Of a stretch of DNA of 64,000 nt, positions 20,065-30,218 are shown in pieces. Location of the stretch: NCBI GenBank assembly GCA_963723515.1, contig CAVRQT010000003.1, forward strand, positions 640,001 to 704,000, read 5' to 3'. Within the stretch, counting starts at the first letter, position 1. Every line of letters begins with the position of its first letter. Source of the DNA: Vulcanimicrobiota bacterium. Lineage in GTDB: Bacteria > Vulcanimicrobiota > Vulcanimicrobiia > Vulcanimicrobiales > Vulcanimicrobiaceae. Below the pieces are notes generated by a model. That model searched no databases. It saw only the letters and a list, made by a program, of their open reading frames with translations, and had not been told where the DNA came from. Position numbers and translations under genes: made by a program.

Positions 20065-21464
20065 CCAATCGCGTCATCGCGCAGCTGCGCACGCTCTTCG
20101 TGATCCTATTCGTTCTGCTCATCGCGCGTCAAATCTACGTTCAATTAGTGGCCGGACCGGGGTACGCGGCAAAAACGTACAATCCACGCCATGCGGTGCT
20201 CTCGCAACGTCGTGGCCGGATTCTTGCAAGCGACGGCACGGTGCTCGCGCAGACACTGCACAAGCAGCGGGTCTATCCGTTCGGAACGCAACTCGCGCAA
20301 ACTGTCGGCTACGTCTCGTTGCGTTTTGGGGCATCCGGCATCGAAGCCGCCTACGATTCAGCGCTGACGCCGCCCGACACGACGGGCGATCCAATTGCGC
20401 AGGCTGCCGAGATCCTGCAATCGCTTGGAGGCCGTAGCTCGCAAGCCTATGGCGCGGACGTTGTGACGACGCTAAAGGTTCCGATTCAATCGCTTCTGGC
20501 AAGTGAACTGGCGCAACACGCGCGCGGCGCCGGCATCGTGATCGATCCCCGCAGCGGCGCGGTTCTGGCGATGGCGAGCGTGCCGAGTTTTGATCCGAAC
20601 ACGGTCGAACAAACCTTTCCGGAGCTCGCGCATGCAGATAATAGTCCGTTGATTAACCGCGCCACCGACGGTCTCTATCCGCCGGGATCGACGTTCAAAA
20701 TGGTGACGGCTGCCGATGCGCTAGACAGCGGCACCGTTACGATGAGCTCGTCGTTTGACGACCCCGGATACTTCGTGATCGGCGATTACACGGTGCATGA
20801 CAACGAAGGCGAAGCGACTGGATATCTCGATTTGACCGGCGCCTTTGCGCAGTCGAGCAATGTGGACTTCGCGCAGATCGCACTGCGTCTGGGTGCGGAC
20901 CGTTGGTTCGATTACGCGCAGCGGTGGGGGTTAGGCGGCTCCCTCGACTTCCAGTTGCCGGCGCAGCGCGACCGGCTTCCGCCGCGCGATCAACTCTACC
21001 CGGGTACGCTAGCGCAGCTCGGTTTCGGACAGGCAAACTTGCTTGTCACGCCGCTGAGAATGGCGTTGATTGCTTCGACGATAGCGAACGAAGGAATCAC
21101 ACCGCGCCCATTCATCGTGCGTACGATTGTGCGCACCGGATCGTCCAGTTCATTCGGAGCGGCGCAACTCGCACAACCGATTTCAACGGAGACGGCGAGC
21201 AATGTGAAGAAGATGATGGTCGCGGTGGTCAAGTATGGAACCGGCACGTCTGCGGCGTTGCCGAACGTCACCGTGGCGGGGAAGACCGGAACGGCAACCA
21301 ACCCGGCCGGCGCACCGCACTCCTGGTTCGTCTGCTTTGCGCCTGCGGAAGCACCGCGCGTCGTCGTTGCCGTCGTAGTTGAAAACGCCGGCTATGGTGC
21401 CGCGGTCGCCGCGCCGATCGCCCGCCGCGTCTTGCAAGCGGCGTTGCTGGCGGTGCCAACATGA
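20061..21464 (+). CDS. Class B penicillin-binding transpeptidase (PbpA-like)
   Basis: RGRILASDG, PPGSTFK (SxxK), SSN (SxN), GKTGTA (KTG). Confidence 0.93.
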   Translation: MTNRVIAQLRTLFVILFVLLIARQIYVQLVAGPGYAAKTYNPRHAVLSQRRGRILASDGTVLAQTLHKQRVYPFGTQLAQTVGYVSLRFGASGIEAAYDSALTPPDTTGDPIAQAAEILQSLGGRSSQAYGADVVTTLKVPIQSLLASELAQHARGAGIVIDPRSGAVLAMASVPSFDPNTVEQTFPELAHADNSPLINRATDGLYPPGSTFKMVTAADALDSGTVTMSSSFDDPGYFVIGDYTVHDNEGEATGYLDLTGAFAQSSNVDFAQIALRLGADRWFDYAQRWGLGGSLDFQLPAQRDRLPPRDQLYPGTLAQLGFGQANLLVTPLRMALIASTIANEGITPRPFIVRTIVRTGSSSSFGAAQLAQPISTETASNVKKMMVAVVKYGTGTSAALPNVTVAGKTGTATNPAGAPHSWFVCFAPAEAPRVVVAVVVENAGYGAAVAAPIARRVLQAALLAVPT

Positions 21465-23542
21465 TCGAGCAGATGTTCAACAACCGCTATCGTCTCGACG
21501 CGAAGCTCGGCGAGGGCGGCATGGCAACGGTCTACTGCGGGACGGATACGCTCTTACGGCGGCGCGTGGCAATAAAAGTGCTGCGTTCGCAATACGCCGG
21601 TGATCACGAGTTCGTCCGGCGCTTCTATCAAGAAGCAGAGTCGGCGGCACGACTGCAACATCCAAACATCGTCAACACGTACGACGTCGGGCGTGAAGAC
21701 GATACCTACTACATCGTCATGGAACTCGTTGACGGTCCCTCACTTGCGGACCTGATCGCTTCGGACGGCAAGATTCCCGAGCCGGTTGCGATCGACTATG
21801 CGACGCAGATCTGCAATGGTCTCGCGTACGCGCACCGGCAAGGGCTGCTGCATCGCGACATCAAGCCCGCCAATATCCTGATCACGCAAGACGATGTGGT
21901 GAAGATCTCCGATTTCGGTATCGCGCGGGCGGTGTCGCAGCAGACGATGGCGATGACACGCCCCGGAATGGTCATGGGGAGCGTTTACTACCTCTCGCCT
22001 GAGCAAGCACAGGGACACGAGCTTCATGAGAGTTCGGATCTCTACAGTCTGGGCATCGTGCTCTTTCAGATGCTGACCGGCAAGTTACCTTACAGCGGTG
22101 AGTCGCCCGTCACGGTCGCGCTCAAGCACATCAGCGATCCGGTTCCCACGCTCAACGTCGATGCACTCGGAATCAGCCCCGCGCTCGCCGCGATCGTCAA
22201 TAAGTTGCTGCAAAAACGTCCGGAGCATCGGTTCGCCTCCGCGAGCGAAGTGGCAACCGCGCTCCGGGAAGCGCGTGAGCGCCCGGCATTTGCGGCGTAT
22301 CCGACGCTCGACGATGCGCCGACGCTGATGCACGGTGCGTATGGAGGCGACCTTCCACGCCGGCCGTCACGCTCGCCCGACCGCCCGCTGCCATACACAA
22401 GTTTTACGGACGCGGAGGCGCGTAGCGATCGCTCTCGCGCGGCGGGAATGGTTGTGCTTGTCACCGCGTTGGCGCTCGCAACGGTCGCCGGATATTTCTT
22501 CGTCGGACGTGGCGGCATCGCGAAGATCATCGCCCCGCCCGTACATGTCGGCAACTACGTCGGTTTAAGCGATGCGCAAGCACAACAGCGGATCGTCAAC
22601 GCGGGCTTGGCGGCGCACATCACGTTGCAGCCGAGCGAAACCGTTGCGCCGAGTCGCGTCATCTCGCAACGTCCCTCTGCGGGAAGCAGCGTTGCGAAGG
22701 ACGCCACGATCGAGCTTCTCGTGAGCAGCGGCCTTCCAACCGTCGGTCTGCGCGACGTCCGAGGACTCACCGCAACGGACGCCGAGCGCATCTTAAACGA
22801 AGACAAATTCAAAGCGGTTGAGCGCCTTGTTTTCGATGCGTCGCCGAAGGACAGCGTGATCAGTCAAGACCCGCCGCCCGGTTCGAAGGTGCGTGAAGGG
22901 ACGATGGTGACGCTCACGGTCTCTCAAGGGCCGCCCGCGGTCGCGATGCCGAATCTCGTCATGCAAGACGTCACGGCAGCGACGAAATTGCTCGCACGTC
23001 TCAAATTAAAGCTGAAGGTCATGGAGCGGTTCCCAAGCGACACGATTGCGGCCGGAAAGATCACGCAGCAAGACATTCCTCCGCAGACGCGCGTCGATCC
23101 GGGCACGGTGGTCAATGTCGCGGTCAGCCAAGGCCCGACCAGCGCAAACGTGCCGAGCGTTAGTACCCTCAGTCTCAAAGACGCAATTGCGAATCTGCAG
23201 GCCGCGGGATTTAAACCCATCGTGCAATACAGCGCCGGCCCCGACGCGAGCGTGAACGGGACGATCATTCAGCAATCGCCCGATCCGGGTACGCCGTTGC
23301 CGCGCGGCTCAGCGGTAACGATTCTGCTGTCCGTCAGCGGTGAAGTGCCGGATACGCAAGGCATGTCGCCTTCCGATGCTAAGGACACGCTCGAAGCCGC
23401 CGGCTACCATGTCGGAACGACAATCTTTATCCCGGACGGCGCCGACGGCCGCGTCGTCCGAACGGATCCTCCCGCCGGAACGAAACGCCCGCAAGGACAG
23501 CCGATTACACTTTACGTCAACAACGCGCCGCCGAGTCAGTGA
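21461..23542 (+). CDS. pknB: PASTA-domain Ser/Thr kinase (PknB/PrkC/Stk1 family)
   Basis: LGEGGMATVY, HRDIKPAN, DFGIARA and SPEQ motifs, TM helix, about five PASTA repeats. Confidence 0.95.
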   Translation: MIEQMFNNRYRLDAKLGEGGMATVYCGTDTLLRRRVAIKVLRSQYAGDHEFVRRFYQEAESAARLQHPNIVNTYDVGREDDTYYIVMELVDGPSLADLIASDGKIPEPVAIDYATQICNGLAYAHRQGLLHRDIKPANILITQDDVVKISDFGIARAVSQQTMAMTRPGMVMGSVYYLSPEQAQGHELHESSDLYSLGIVLFQMLTGKLPYSGESPVTVALKHISDPVPTLNVDALGISPALAAIVNKLLQKRPEHRFASASEVATALREARERPAFAAYPTLDDAPTLMHGAYGGDLPRRPSRSPDRPLPYTSFTDAEARSDRSRAAGMVVLVTALALATVAGYFFVGRGGIAKIIAPPVHVGNYVGLSDAQAQQRIVNAGLAAHITLQPSETVAPSRVISQRPSAGSSVAKDATIELLVSSGLPTVGLRDVRGLTATDAERILNEDKFKAVERLVFDASPKDSVISQDPPPGSKVREGTMVTLTVSQGPPAVAMPNLVMQDVTAATKLLARLKLKLKVMERFPSDTIAAGKITQQDIPPQTRVDPGTVVNVAVSQGPTSANVPSVSTLSLKDAIANLQAAGFKPIVQYSAGPDASVNGTIIQQSPDPGTPLPRGSAVTILLSVSGEVPDTQGMSPSDAKDTLEAAGYHVGTTIFIPDGADGRVVRTDPPAGTKRPQGQPITLYVNNAPPSQ

Positions 23543-24045
23543 GGTTGCGCGTTCTCGGAATAGATCCGGGACTGCGCGTAACGGGGTATGGCGCGATCGA
23601 ATGCAATGGCAGCGCCGTCGCGTTGCTCGAAGCCGGCATCGTCGCTCCCGACGTGAGGGCGACGCTCGAAGACCGTCTCGCCTCGTTGCACCGCGGTATT
23701 TGCGAGGTCGTCGCGGCAACGCGTCCGGACGCCGTCGTGATCGAAGAGCTCTTCAGCGCCTACCGTAATCCGCTGACCGCGGTGATGATGGGCCATGCGC
23801 GCGGCGTTCTCTGTCTTGCCGCAGCGCAACAACGCGTGAGCGTCCACGCACTCGCGCATTCGGCGGTCAAGCGCGCTTTGACGGGCTCCGGCGCAGCACG
23901 CAAAGAACAAGTGCGTTCGATGGTCGTTCAATTGTTACGATTGAAAGAGCAGCCCGAACCGACGGACGTCTCAGATGCGCTGGCCCTCGCGCTTGCATTT
24001 GCGCATCGAAGCGGACGGGCTTCGCTCAATGGAGATCGGCACTAA
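23539..24045 (+). CDS. ruvC: Holliday junction resolvase RuvC
   Basis: VLGIDPG..TGYG, IEE, VK..LTGSGAARKEQV, DVSDALA. Confidence 0.96.
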   Translation: MRLRVLGIDPGLRVTGYGAIECNGSAVALLEAGIVAPDVRATLEDRLASLHRGICEVVAATRPDAVVIEELFSAYRNPLTAVMMGHARGVLCLAAAQQRVSVHALAHSAVKRALTGSGAARKEQVRSMVVQLLRLKEQPEPTDVSDALALALAFAHRSGRASLNGDRH

Positions 24046-24659
24046 TCTTCTCTCGTATTCGCGGCCAGATCGTCGAACGCGGCGAAGATCGCGTGGTGCT
24101 CGAAAGCGGCGGCCTTTCGTACGAGATCTTGCTCCCGCCATGCATCTCGGAGAAGGTGGGCGGAACGGATGGAACAGACGTCGCGCTCGAGATCCACTCC
24201 GTCCTGAATTTGGAAGGCAATGCCGGCCGCTTTTCATTCTACGGCTTCACGAATGCGATCGAGCGTGAGTTCTTCGAGGCCTTGATCAGCGTCGCAAGCA
24301 TCGGCCCAAAATCCGCTGCGCGCGCCTTTTCGCAGCCGATGTCGAAGATCGCTGAGGCGATCGAGCGCGGTGACCATGCGTTCTTGCAGACGCTGCCCGG
24401 AATCGGTCAGCAAAAAGCGCGCGATATCGTCGCCAAGCTGCAAGGAAAGGTGGCGCGCTTTCTCTTGATTCAAGAAGCGCCAACGCCCGCGCATCCACCG
24501 ATTCCCGACTTCGCGGATGAAGCGCTTGCGGTGCTGCTGCAGCTGGAGTACAAGCGGAGCGAGGCGGAGGCGATGATCCGTTCAACGCTTGCGGCTGCGC
24601 CGAACATTCGCGACGCGGAGACGCTTCTCGCGGAAATCTACCGGCAGAGAACGGCGTGA
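24045..24659 (+). CDS. ruvA: Holliday junction branch migration protein RuvA (probable ATC start)
   Basis: IFSRIRGQIVE..VVLESGGLSYEI, FYGF..ERE.F..LISVASIGPKSA, LPGIG; TAATC overlap with GGAG upstream. Confidence 0.93.
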   Translation: MFSRIRGQIVERGEDRVVLESGGLSYEILLPPCISEKVGGTDGTDVALEIHSVLNLEGNAGRFSFYGFTNAIEREFFEALISVASIGPKSAARAFSQPMSKIAEAIERGDHAFLQTLPGIGQQKARDIVAKLQGKVARFLLIQEAPTPAHPPIPDFADEALAVLLQLEYKRSEAEAMIRSTLAAAPNIRDAETLLAEIYRQRTA

Positions 24660-25720
24660 CGGAAAACGCACGAAAGAAGATGCTCGGACCGGAGGACGCT
24701 TCGGCGCGGGTTATCGATCCGGCAACGTCGCTCGAAGATGAAGTGTATGTTGCATCATTGCGGCCGCGCAGTTTCGATGAGTACGTCGGCCAAGTCGACG
24801 TCGTTGAAAATCTCAAGATCGCGATCGATGCAGCGCGCCAGCGCGATCAAACGCTGGAGCACATCCTCTTTTACGGGCCGCCCGGTCTTGGAAAGACGAC
24901 GCTGGCGTCGCTGATCGCAAAGGAGCTCGGTAACGCGCTGCGGCCGACGTCGGGGCCGACGCTCGAGAAACCCAAAGATCTGGTCGGGATCTTGACGGCG
25001 CTCGAGGCGGGCGACATTTTCTTCGTTGATGAGATCCATCGGCTCGGAAGAGTCGTTGAGGAGTTCCTCTATCCGGCGATGGAGGAGTTCAAGATTGACT
25101 TCATCGTCGATCGCGGCGCATACGCAAAGACGTTAAAGCTGCCGCTCAAGCAGTTCACACTCGTGGGCGCGACGACTCGCGCCGGCATGCTCTCCGCGCC
25201 GCTGCGCGAGCGCTTTGGCATCACCTACCATCTCGACTACTACTCACCGGAGGAACTCGCAAAGATCGTCACCCGTTCTGCCACCTTGCTGACCGTTCCG
25301 ATCGACGAAGATGCCGCGCGCACGATCGCTTCACGCAGTCGCGGCACGCCGCGCATTGCAAACCGCCTGCTGCGGCGCGTTCGGGACTACGCGCAGGTTC
25401 GCGCCGGCGGCCACATCACCAGGGAAGTGGCGGATGAGGCGCTGCGGCGCGAGGGTGTCGACGAGCTCGGACTCGACAAACTCGATCGAGCGTTTCTGCG
25501 GACGATTATCGAGAATTACGGCGGCGGACCGGTAGGCATGGCGGCGATTGCGGCGACGCTCACCGAAGATTCGGAGACGCTCGAGGACGTCGTCGAGCCG
25601 TTTCTTCTGAAAGAAGGGCTTGTCGTACGAACGGCAAGCGGACGCAAAGCGACGCCGGCAGCATACGAACATTTTGGAATCGCGCAGCGCGGAGCCGCGC
25701 GTCAAGAGCGTTTGATCTAA
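24656..25720 (+). CDS. ruvB: Holliday junction branch migration helicase RuvB
   Basis: LRPRSFDEYVGQ, GPPGLGKTTLA, DEIHRL, SRGTPRIANRLLRRVRD. Confidence 0.98.
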   Translation: MTENARKKMLGPEDASARVIDPATSLEDEVYVASLRPRSFDEYVGQVDVVENLKIAIDAARQRDQTLEHILFYGPPGLGKTTLASLIAKELGNALRPTSGPTLEKPKDLVGILTALEAGDIFFVDEIHRLGRVVEEFLYPAMEEFKIDFIVDRGAYAKTLKLPLKQFTLVGATTRAGMLSAPLRERFGITYHLDYYSPEELAKIVTRSATLLTVPIDEDAARTIASRSRGTPRIANRLLRRVRDYAQVRAGGHITREVADEALRREGVDELGLDKLDRAFLRTIIENYGGGPVGMAAIAATLTEDSETLEDVVEPFLLKEGLVVRTASGRKATPAAYEHFGIAQRGAARQERLI

Positions 25721-26733
25721 TGATGAACCGCAAAACGTTCTGCCTAGCCTCGAGCGCCGCAGCGGCGTCGGTTGCATTCGCGCGCGCTGCCTTTGCCGTC
25801 GACGTTCCGACGATCCGCGTCTTGCTTGGCCGGGGAAGCGCGTTGCCTCTGGACGCCGATTCGTTCTCGTTCGGCACGCGAGTCTTTCGCGGACGGTTCT
25901 CCGCCTTGCCCGACGGTCAAGTGATCAACATCGTCACGCTCGAGCAGTATTTATACGGCGTCGTACCGATGGAGACACCGCGTGTCTGGCCGGCTGCGAC
26001 CTTACAAGCGCAAGCGATTCTGGCGCGCACGTTCGCCTTGGCAAGAATCAATACGGAACGGCCGTACGATCTTGTCGCGTCACAACGCGATCAGGCGTAC
26101 GGCGGCGTCAGCGCGGAGCATCCGGAGACAACCGATGCGGTCAATGCGACCGAAGGTCAAATCGTGATGTACGATGGCGCTCCCGCTTCCGTTTCGTATA
26201 TGTCGTGTTGTGGCGGCCATACCGAGGCGGCGTCGGACGCTTGGACCGGCGGAGCGGATCATCCCTATCTGCAAGGTGTCGTCTGCAACTATTGCTCCGC
26301 TTCGCCCGATTACCGATGGACCGCAACCGTTGCGTGGCTCCCGTTTGTCAACGCGCTCTCACCGCAGTTCGACGGCTTTGGGCCGTTGCACAGCGCGACC
26401 ATTGCTGCCCTAACACGCAGTGGACGCGCGAAGATGCTGCGCTTTTCGGACGGCGCTCAGCAACGTATGGTGAGCGGCGCGGACTTTCGGCGCGCCGCGG
26501 GAGCGGCGACCGTCAAGAGTCTGCTCTTGCGATCGGTACGCGTCGGTCAGAGCGGCACCGATCTCGCCGATCCGGCGGAGAATTCGCCGGCCATCGTGGT
26601 CGATGGAGCCGGGCGCGGGCATGGCGTCGGATTGTGCCAGTGGGGCGCCCGCGGACTTGGATTGCAAGGCCGCCCAGCGGACGAGATCGTCGGATATTAC
26701 TTTCCGGGGACGCAAGTCGCCCGAGTTTCCTAG
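25720..26733 (+). CDS. SpoIID/LytB family lytic transglycosylase
   Basis: LEQYLYGVVPME, LQAQAILART, DQAYGG, GHGVGLCQWGA, YYFPG. Confidence 0.92.
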   Translation: MMNRKTFCLASSAAAASVAFARAAFAVDVPTIRVLLGRGSALPLDADSFSFGTRVFRGRFSALPDGQVINIVTLEQYLYGVVPMETPRVWPAATLQAQAILARTFALARINTERPYDLVASQRDQAYGGVSAEHPETTDAVNATEGQIVMYDGAPASVSYMSCCGGHTEAASDAWTGGADHPYLQGVVCNYCSASPDYRWTATVAWLPFVNALSPQFDGFGPLHSATIAALTRSGRAKMLRFSDGAQQRMVSGADFRRAAGAATVKSLLLRSVRVGQSGTDLADPAENSPAIVVDGAGRGHGVGLCQWGARGLGLQGRPADEIVGYYFPGTQVARVS

Positions 26734-27812
26734 CGCAAGCCACGGCAATCGGTGCGGAGCGGCTGACTGCCGCATACGATTACGAACTGCCGACGGAACT
26801 GATCGCGCAAGAGCATGCGCGACCCCGGGATGCTTCGCGTCTTCTGGTCGCACGCGATGCTGCGCTCGAGCATCGCATCTTTCACGAATTGCCGGGCATC
26901 TTGCGCCCCGAAGACCTGCTGGTCCTCAACGATACGCGTGTCATCGCGGCGCGCGTGTATGGACGGCGCATTCCGACGGGCGGCAAGTTGGAAGTCTTGC
27001 TATTGCGGCCGGCAGCCAAACCGGAATACGATCCAAGCGCGACGCGCTGGTTGGCCCTCGCAAATCCCGCACGAAAGGCGCGCGCGGGCGATCGCATTCA
27101 ATTCGATCGTTTCGGAACCGCGACCGTCACCGGCGTCCACGAAGACGGCGCGCGTGAGCTGCAACTCGATTTGGCGGTTTCGCTTGAAGAATTTCTTACC
27201 GCTGCCGGCCGTCTGCCACTGCCTCCCTACGTGCACGACGATTCCGCACGGAACCAAGAAGACTACCAGACGATTTTCGCGGCACATCCCGGAAGCGTCG
27301 CGGCGCCGACTGCGGCGCTGCATTTTACCGAGCGCACGTTTGGCGATCTTGCGAGGCGCGGCATCGAGAGTTGCTTTCTCACGCTGCAGGTTGGTTTAGG
27401 GACGTTTCGGCCAGTGCGCACCGAATCGGTCGATGCGCATCGGATGCACGTCGAGTGCTTCGACATTCCGGCGCGGACAGCGCAAATCGTGACGGATGCA
27501 AAGCGGAGTGGACGCCGCATCGTGGCCGTCGGCACAACCGTGGTTCGTTCTTTGGAAGGCGCTGCGGCGGATGACGGATCGCTTCGTGCCGGTCCAGCAC
27601 AGACTGATCTTTTCATCACGCCAGGCTATCGCTTCCGCATCGTGGACGCGTTGCTGACGAATTTCCATTTGCCACGCTCAACATTGCTGATGCTCGTCAG
27701 CGCATTTGCGGGCCGAGAGCGCGTCCTCGAGGCGTATAAGGAGGCCGTTCGGCGGCGATATCGCTTCTTTTCGTTTGGCGACGCAATGCTGCTGTGCCGG
27801 GTAAAGCAGTAA
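26730..27812 (+). CDS. queA: S-adenosylmethionine:tRNA ribosyltransferase-isomerase (start uncertain, CTA at 26730 or CTG at 26763)
   Basis: YDYELP..LIAQ, NDTRVI.AR, PLPPY, YQTIFA..GSVAAPTA, TNFHLPRSTL, YRFFSFGDAM. Confidence 0.95.
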   Translation, partial: LAQATAIGAERLTAAYDYELPTELIAQEHARPRDASRLLVARDAALEHRIFHELPGILRPEDLLVLNDTRVIAARVYGRRIPTGGKLEVLLLRPAAKPEYDPSATRWLALANPARKARAGDRIQFDRFGTATVTGVHEDGARELQLDLAVSLEEFLTAAGRLPLPPYVHDDSARNQEDYQTIFAAHPGSVAAPTAALHFTERTFGDLARRGIESCFLTLQVGLGTFRPVRTESVDAHRMHVECFDIPARTAQIVTDAKRSGRRIVAVGTTVVRSLEGAAADDGSLRAGPAQTDLFITPGYRFRIVDALLTNFHLPRSTLLMLVSAFAGRERVLEAYKEAVRRRYRFFSFGDAMLLCRVKQ

Positions 27813-27840
27813 TCCAAGACGCGCTGGTACGCGTACCAGC
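27810..27840 (+). promoter_or_regulatory. Putative ECF-sigma promoter (TAATCC-N16-CGTA) overlapping a perfect 18-bp palindrome
   Basis: GCTGGTACGCGTACCAGC at 27823-27840; CGTA ends 8 nt before the cupredoxin ATG. Confidence 0.4.
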
Positions 27841-27843
27841 AGC

Positions 27844-28176
27844 ATGAAGAAGATATCTATCCTCATGCTTGCGACGCTCTTGGGCAGCGCCGCACTGATC
27901 GGTAGTGCGCCCATGACCTCAGTCGTTCACGTCAAAGACTTCGCATTTCGACCGGCGTCATTGACGGTGACGGCGGGTCAACGCGTTACGTTTCAAAACG
28001 ACGACGATGAAGCCCATACGGTGACGGCGACCGACAAATCGTTTGACTCCGCCGGTCTGGATAGTGGCCAGAGTTGGACGCATACGTTCGATAAGCCCGG
28101 AACGTACACGTATTTCTGCGCGCTCCATCCCTACATGAAAGGCAAAATCATCGTGCTTCCGGAGAAGCGGTCGTGA
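27844..28176 (+). CDS. Cupredoxin (plastocyanin/amicyanin-like) copper-binding protein
   Basis: Signal peptide, N.D..AHTVT, YFCALHPYMKG type-1 Cu ligands. Confidence 0.93.
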   Translation: MKKISILMLATLLGSAALIGSAPMTSVVHVKDFAFRPASLTVTAGQRVTFQNDDDEAHTVTATDKSFDSAGLDSGQSWTHTFDKPGTYTYFCALHPYMKGKIIVLPEKRS

Positions 28177-29051
28177 AACGCCGCGACTTCGTCGAGCATG
28201 TCGGCTGGACCGGGGCCGGAATCGCTTGGACGTTAACTGCTGCCGGCACGCTGACCGCGGCGGCCAGTGCTGCCGGGAGCGGCTTGACGTTCGTGCAGAT
28301 CAGCGACAGCCACATCGGCTTTTCGCGTCCGGAGAATCCCGACGTCATCGGGACCCTGCGCAAGACGGTACAAGCGATCAACCGGCGTGCGGTTCGGCCG
28401 GCGTTCGTCGTGCATACCGGCGACATCACGCATCTCTCAAAACCCGAACAATTCGATACCGCGAAGTCGGTCCTCGCGGAGCTCGATGCGCCTGTTTTGT
28501 ATTTGCCCGGTGAACACGACGTGATTGGATCGCCCGCTGAATACTTCAAATTCTTCTCTCGGCCCGATGCGAAGGATGGGTGGTTCTCATTCGATCAAGC
28601 CGGTGCACATTTTGTCGTGCTGGTCAACGTCTTCAATTTCGAGCGCATGGGTCTCATGGGTCAGACGCAACTCGATTGGCTAACCAAAGATCTCGCTTCG
28701 CAAAAGACGTCAACACCCATCGTCGTCTTCGCGCATGTGCCGCTATACGCGCTGTATCCGCAATGGGGTTGGACCACTGAAGACGGCAGCAAAGCACTCG
28801 CGTTGCTGCGGCGCTTCGATCGGGTTACGGTTTTGAGCGGCCACATTCATCAGATCATCGAGCACACGGAAGGTAACATTCGATTTGCGACCGCGAATTC
28901 GACGGCGTATCCGCAACCAAAGCCCGGAACCGCTGCCCAGCCCGGTCCACTCATGGTGCCTCCAAGTCAGCTGCTCGGAGTAATCGGCTACCGGACGGTG
29001 CAACTTCAAAACGATGGGGGAAGCGCGCTTTCCGACGTCCGCTTGGGGTGA
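28173..29051 (+). CDS. Tat-exported metallophosphoesterase (Icc/CpdA-like)
   Basis: KRRDF Tat motif, QISDSH, TGD, PGEHD, GHIH. Confidence 0.92.
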   Translation: MKRRDFVEHVGWTGAGIAWTLTAAGTLTAAASAAGSGLTFVQISDSHIGFSRPENPDVIGTLRKTVQAINRRAVRPAFVVHTGDITHLSKPEQFDTAKSVLAELDAPVLYLPGEHDVIGSPAEYFKFFSRPDAKDGWFSFDQAGAHFVVLVNVFNFERMGLMGQTQLDWLTKDLASQKTSTPIVVFAHVPLYALYPQWGWTTEDGSKALALLRRFDRVTVLSGHIHQIIEHTEGNIRFATANSTAYPQPKPGTAAQPGPLMVPPSQLLGVIGYRTVQLQNDGGSALSDVRLG

Positions 29052-29574
29052 TCTGCAGCTCGAAAGCGATTTTGCGGAACGCCGCGCCGGCGCATTCGAG
29101 CGAGCTTACACGGTGTTCATGCCGCTCTTAGTGTCGGTTGCCGATACGGTGCTGCACGATCGCATGGAAGCACAGGATTGTGCGCACGAAACGTTCATGA
29201 AGATCTGGAACGATCCGCAGAGCTATCGGCGCGGCCGCGGCGAGCTGTATCCGTTCTTGACCGTCTGCGTCCGAAACAGGGCGATCACGACAATTCGCGC
29301 CTCCGAGCGACGCGCTGAAATCGTGGCGGCGCAACCGCGCGAGAGCGCGATCGAGACGTTCGAGATTACGGACTTCCTGCAGCGCTCCCAGCTTGCGGCG
29401 GCGTTGAAGACCCTGCCGCGCGAACAGTGGGAAGTCTTGCGGCTTTCATTTTTCGATTATTTGACGCACGAACAGATCGCGCGGCGATTAAATTTGCCGT
29501 TAGGCACAGTCAAGAGCCGAATTTCGCTCGCCTTACGAAAGCTACGCGCCGCCTTGCCGGATGATGCTGCATGA
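29014..29574 (+). CDS. ECF RNA polymerase sigma factor (SigK-like)
   Basis: Region 2 (AQDCAHETFMKIW..RNRAI) and region 4 (LTHEQIARRLNLPLGTVKSRI). Confidence 0.92.
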   Translation: MGEARFPTSAWGDLQLESDFAERRAGAFERAYTVFMPLLVSVADTVLHDRMEAQDCAHETFMKIWNDPQSYRRGRGELYPFLTVCVRNRAITTIRASERRAEIVAAQPRESAIETFEITDFLQRSQLAAALKTLPREQWEVLRLSFFDYLTHEQIARRLNLPLGTVKSRISLALRKLRAALPDDAA

Positions 29575-30218
29575 ATCACCTCGAGGAACTCGCCGAGCTC
29601 TACGCACTCGGCTCGCTTACCGCTGAAGAAGAAGTACGTTTGAACGCTCATATTGCAACGTGCGAAGAATGCCGAAAACGCGTCAACGACGCTGAGAAAG
29701 TCGTCGCTAGAGTGGCGACCGAGCAGGCGAAGAGCAGGATGCCGGGCCGACCGGTTGCGATTTCGCGCCGCCCTTCGCCCGTGTGGCGCTATGCCATCGG
29801 ATTTGCGGCCGGTTTGATTTTGCCGCTGCTCTTGCTCGTTCCGCCGGCCTTACGAGCTCGTTACAATGCGCAAGAGTCGCACGTTGCTTTCTCGGCCCTT
29901 GTCAACAGTCACTTTAGTCATGTTGCGTTCGTGCGCCGAACTGCTGATGCGCCGCGCGCGAAGTTGCTCTACGAACGAACCGGTGCTTGGCTTCTTGTGG
30001 TCGCGTTGAACTCGAAAAGCGATCTGGCGGTCTTGCTGCGCAGCGGCCACACCGTCCGCGCCGCCGGAACGATTCACGCGAATCTTCCGGATGCGGAGGT
30101 GTTCGTCCCTGAACCAGGCGCCGTAAGCGAGGTACTCTTAGCGCGTGGCGGAGTCGTTGTTGGCGACGCGCGACCCGTATTTACTTCCCAATCTCCGGGG
30201 AACGGGGCGCCACGGTGA
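29571..30218 (+). CDS. Zinc-finger transmembrane anti-sigma factor
   Basis: YALGSL..HIATCEEC (HxxxCxxC) plus a TM helix; ATGA overlap with the sigma gene. Confidence 0.88.
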   Translation: MNHLEELAELYALGSLTAEEEVRLNAHIATCEECRKRVNDAEKVVARVATEQAKSRMPGRPVAISRRPSPVWRYAIGFAAGLILPLLLLVPPALRARYNAQESHVAFSALVNSHFSHVAFVRRTADAPRAKLLYERTGAWLLVVALNSKSDLAVLLRSGHTVRAAGTIHANLPDAEVFVPEPGAVSEVLLARGGVVVGDARPVFTSQSPGNGAPR

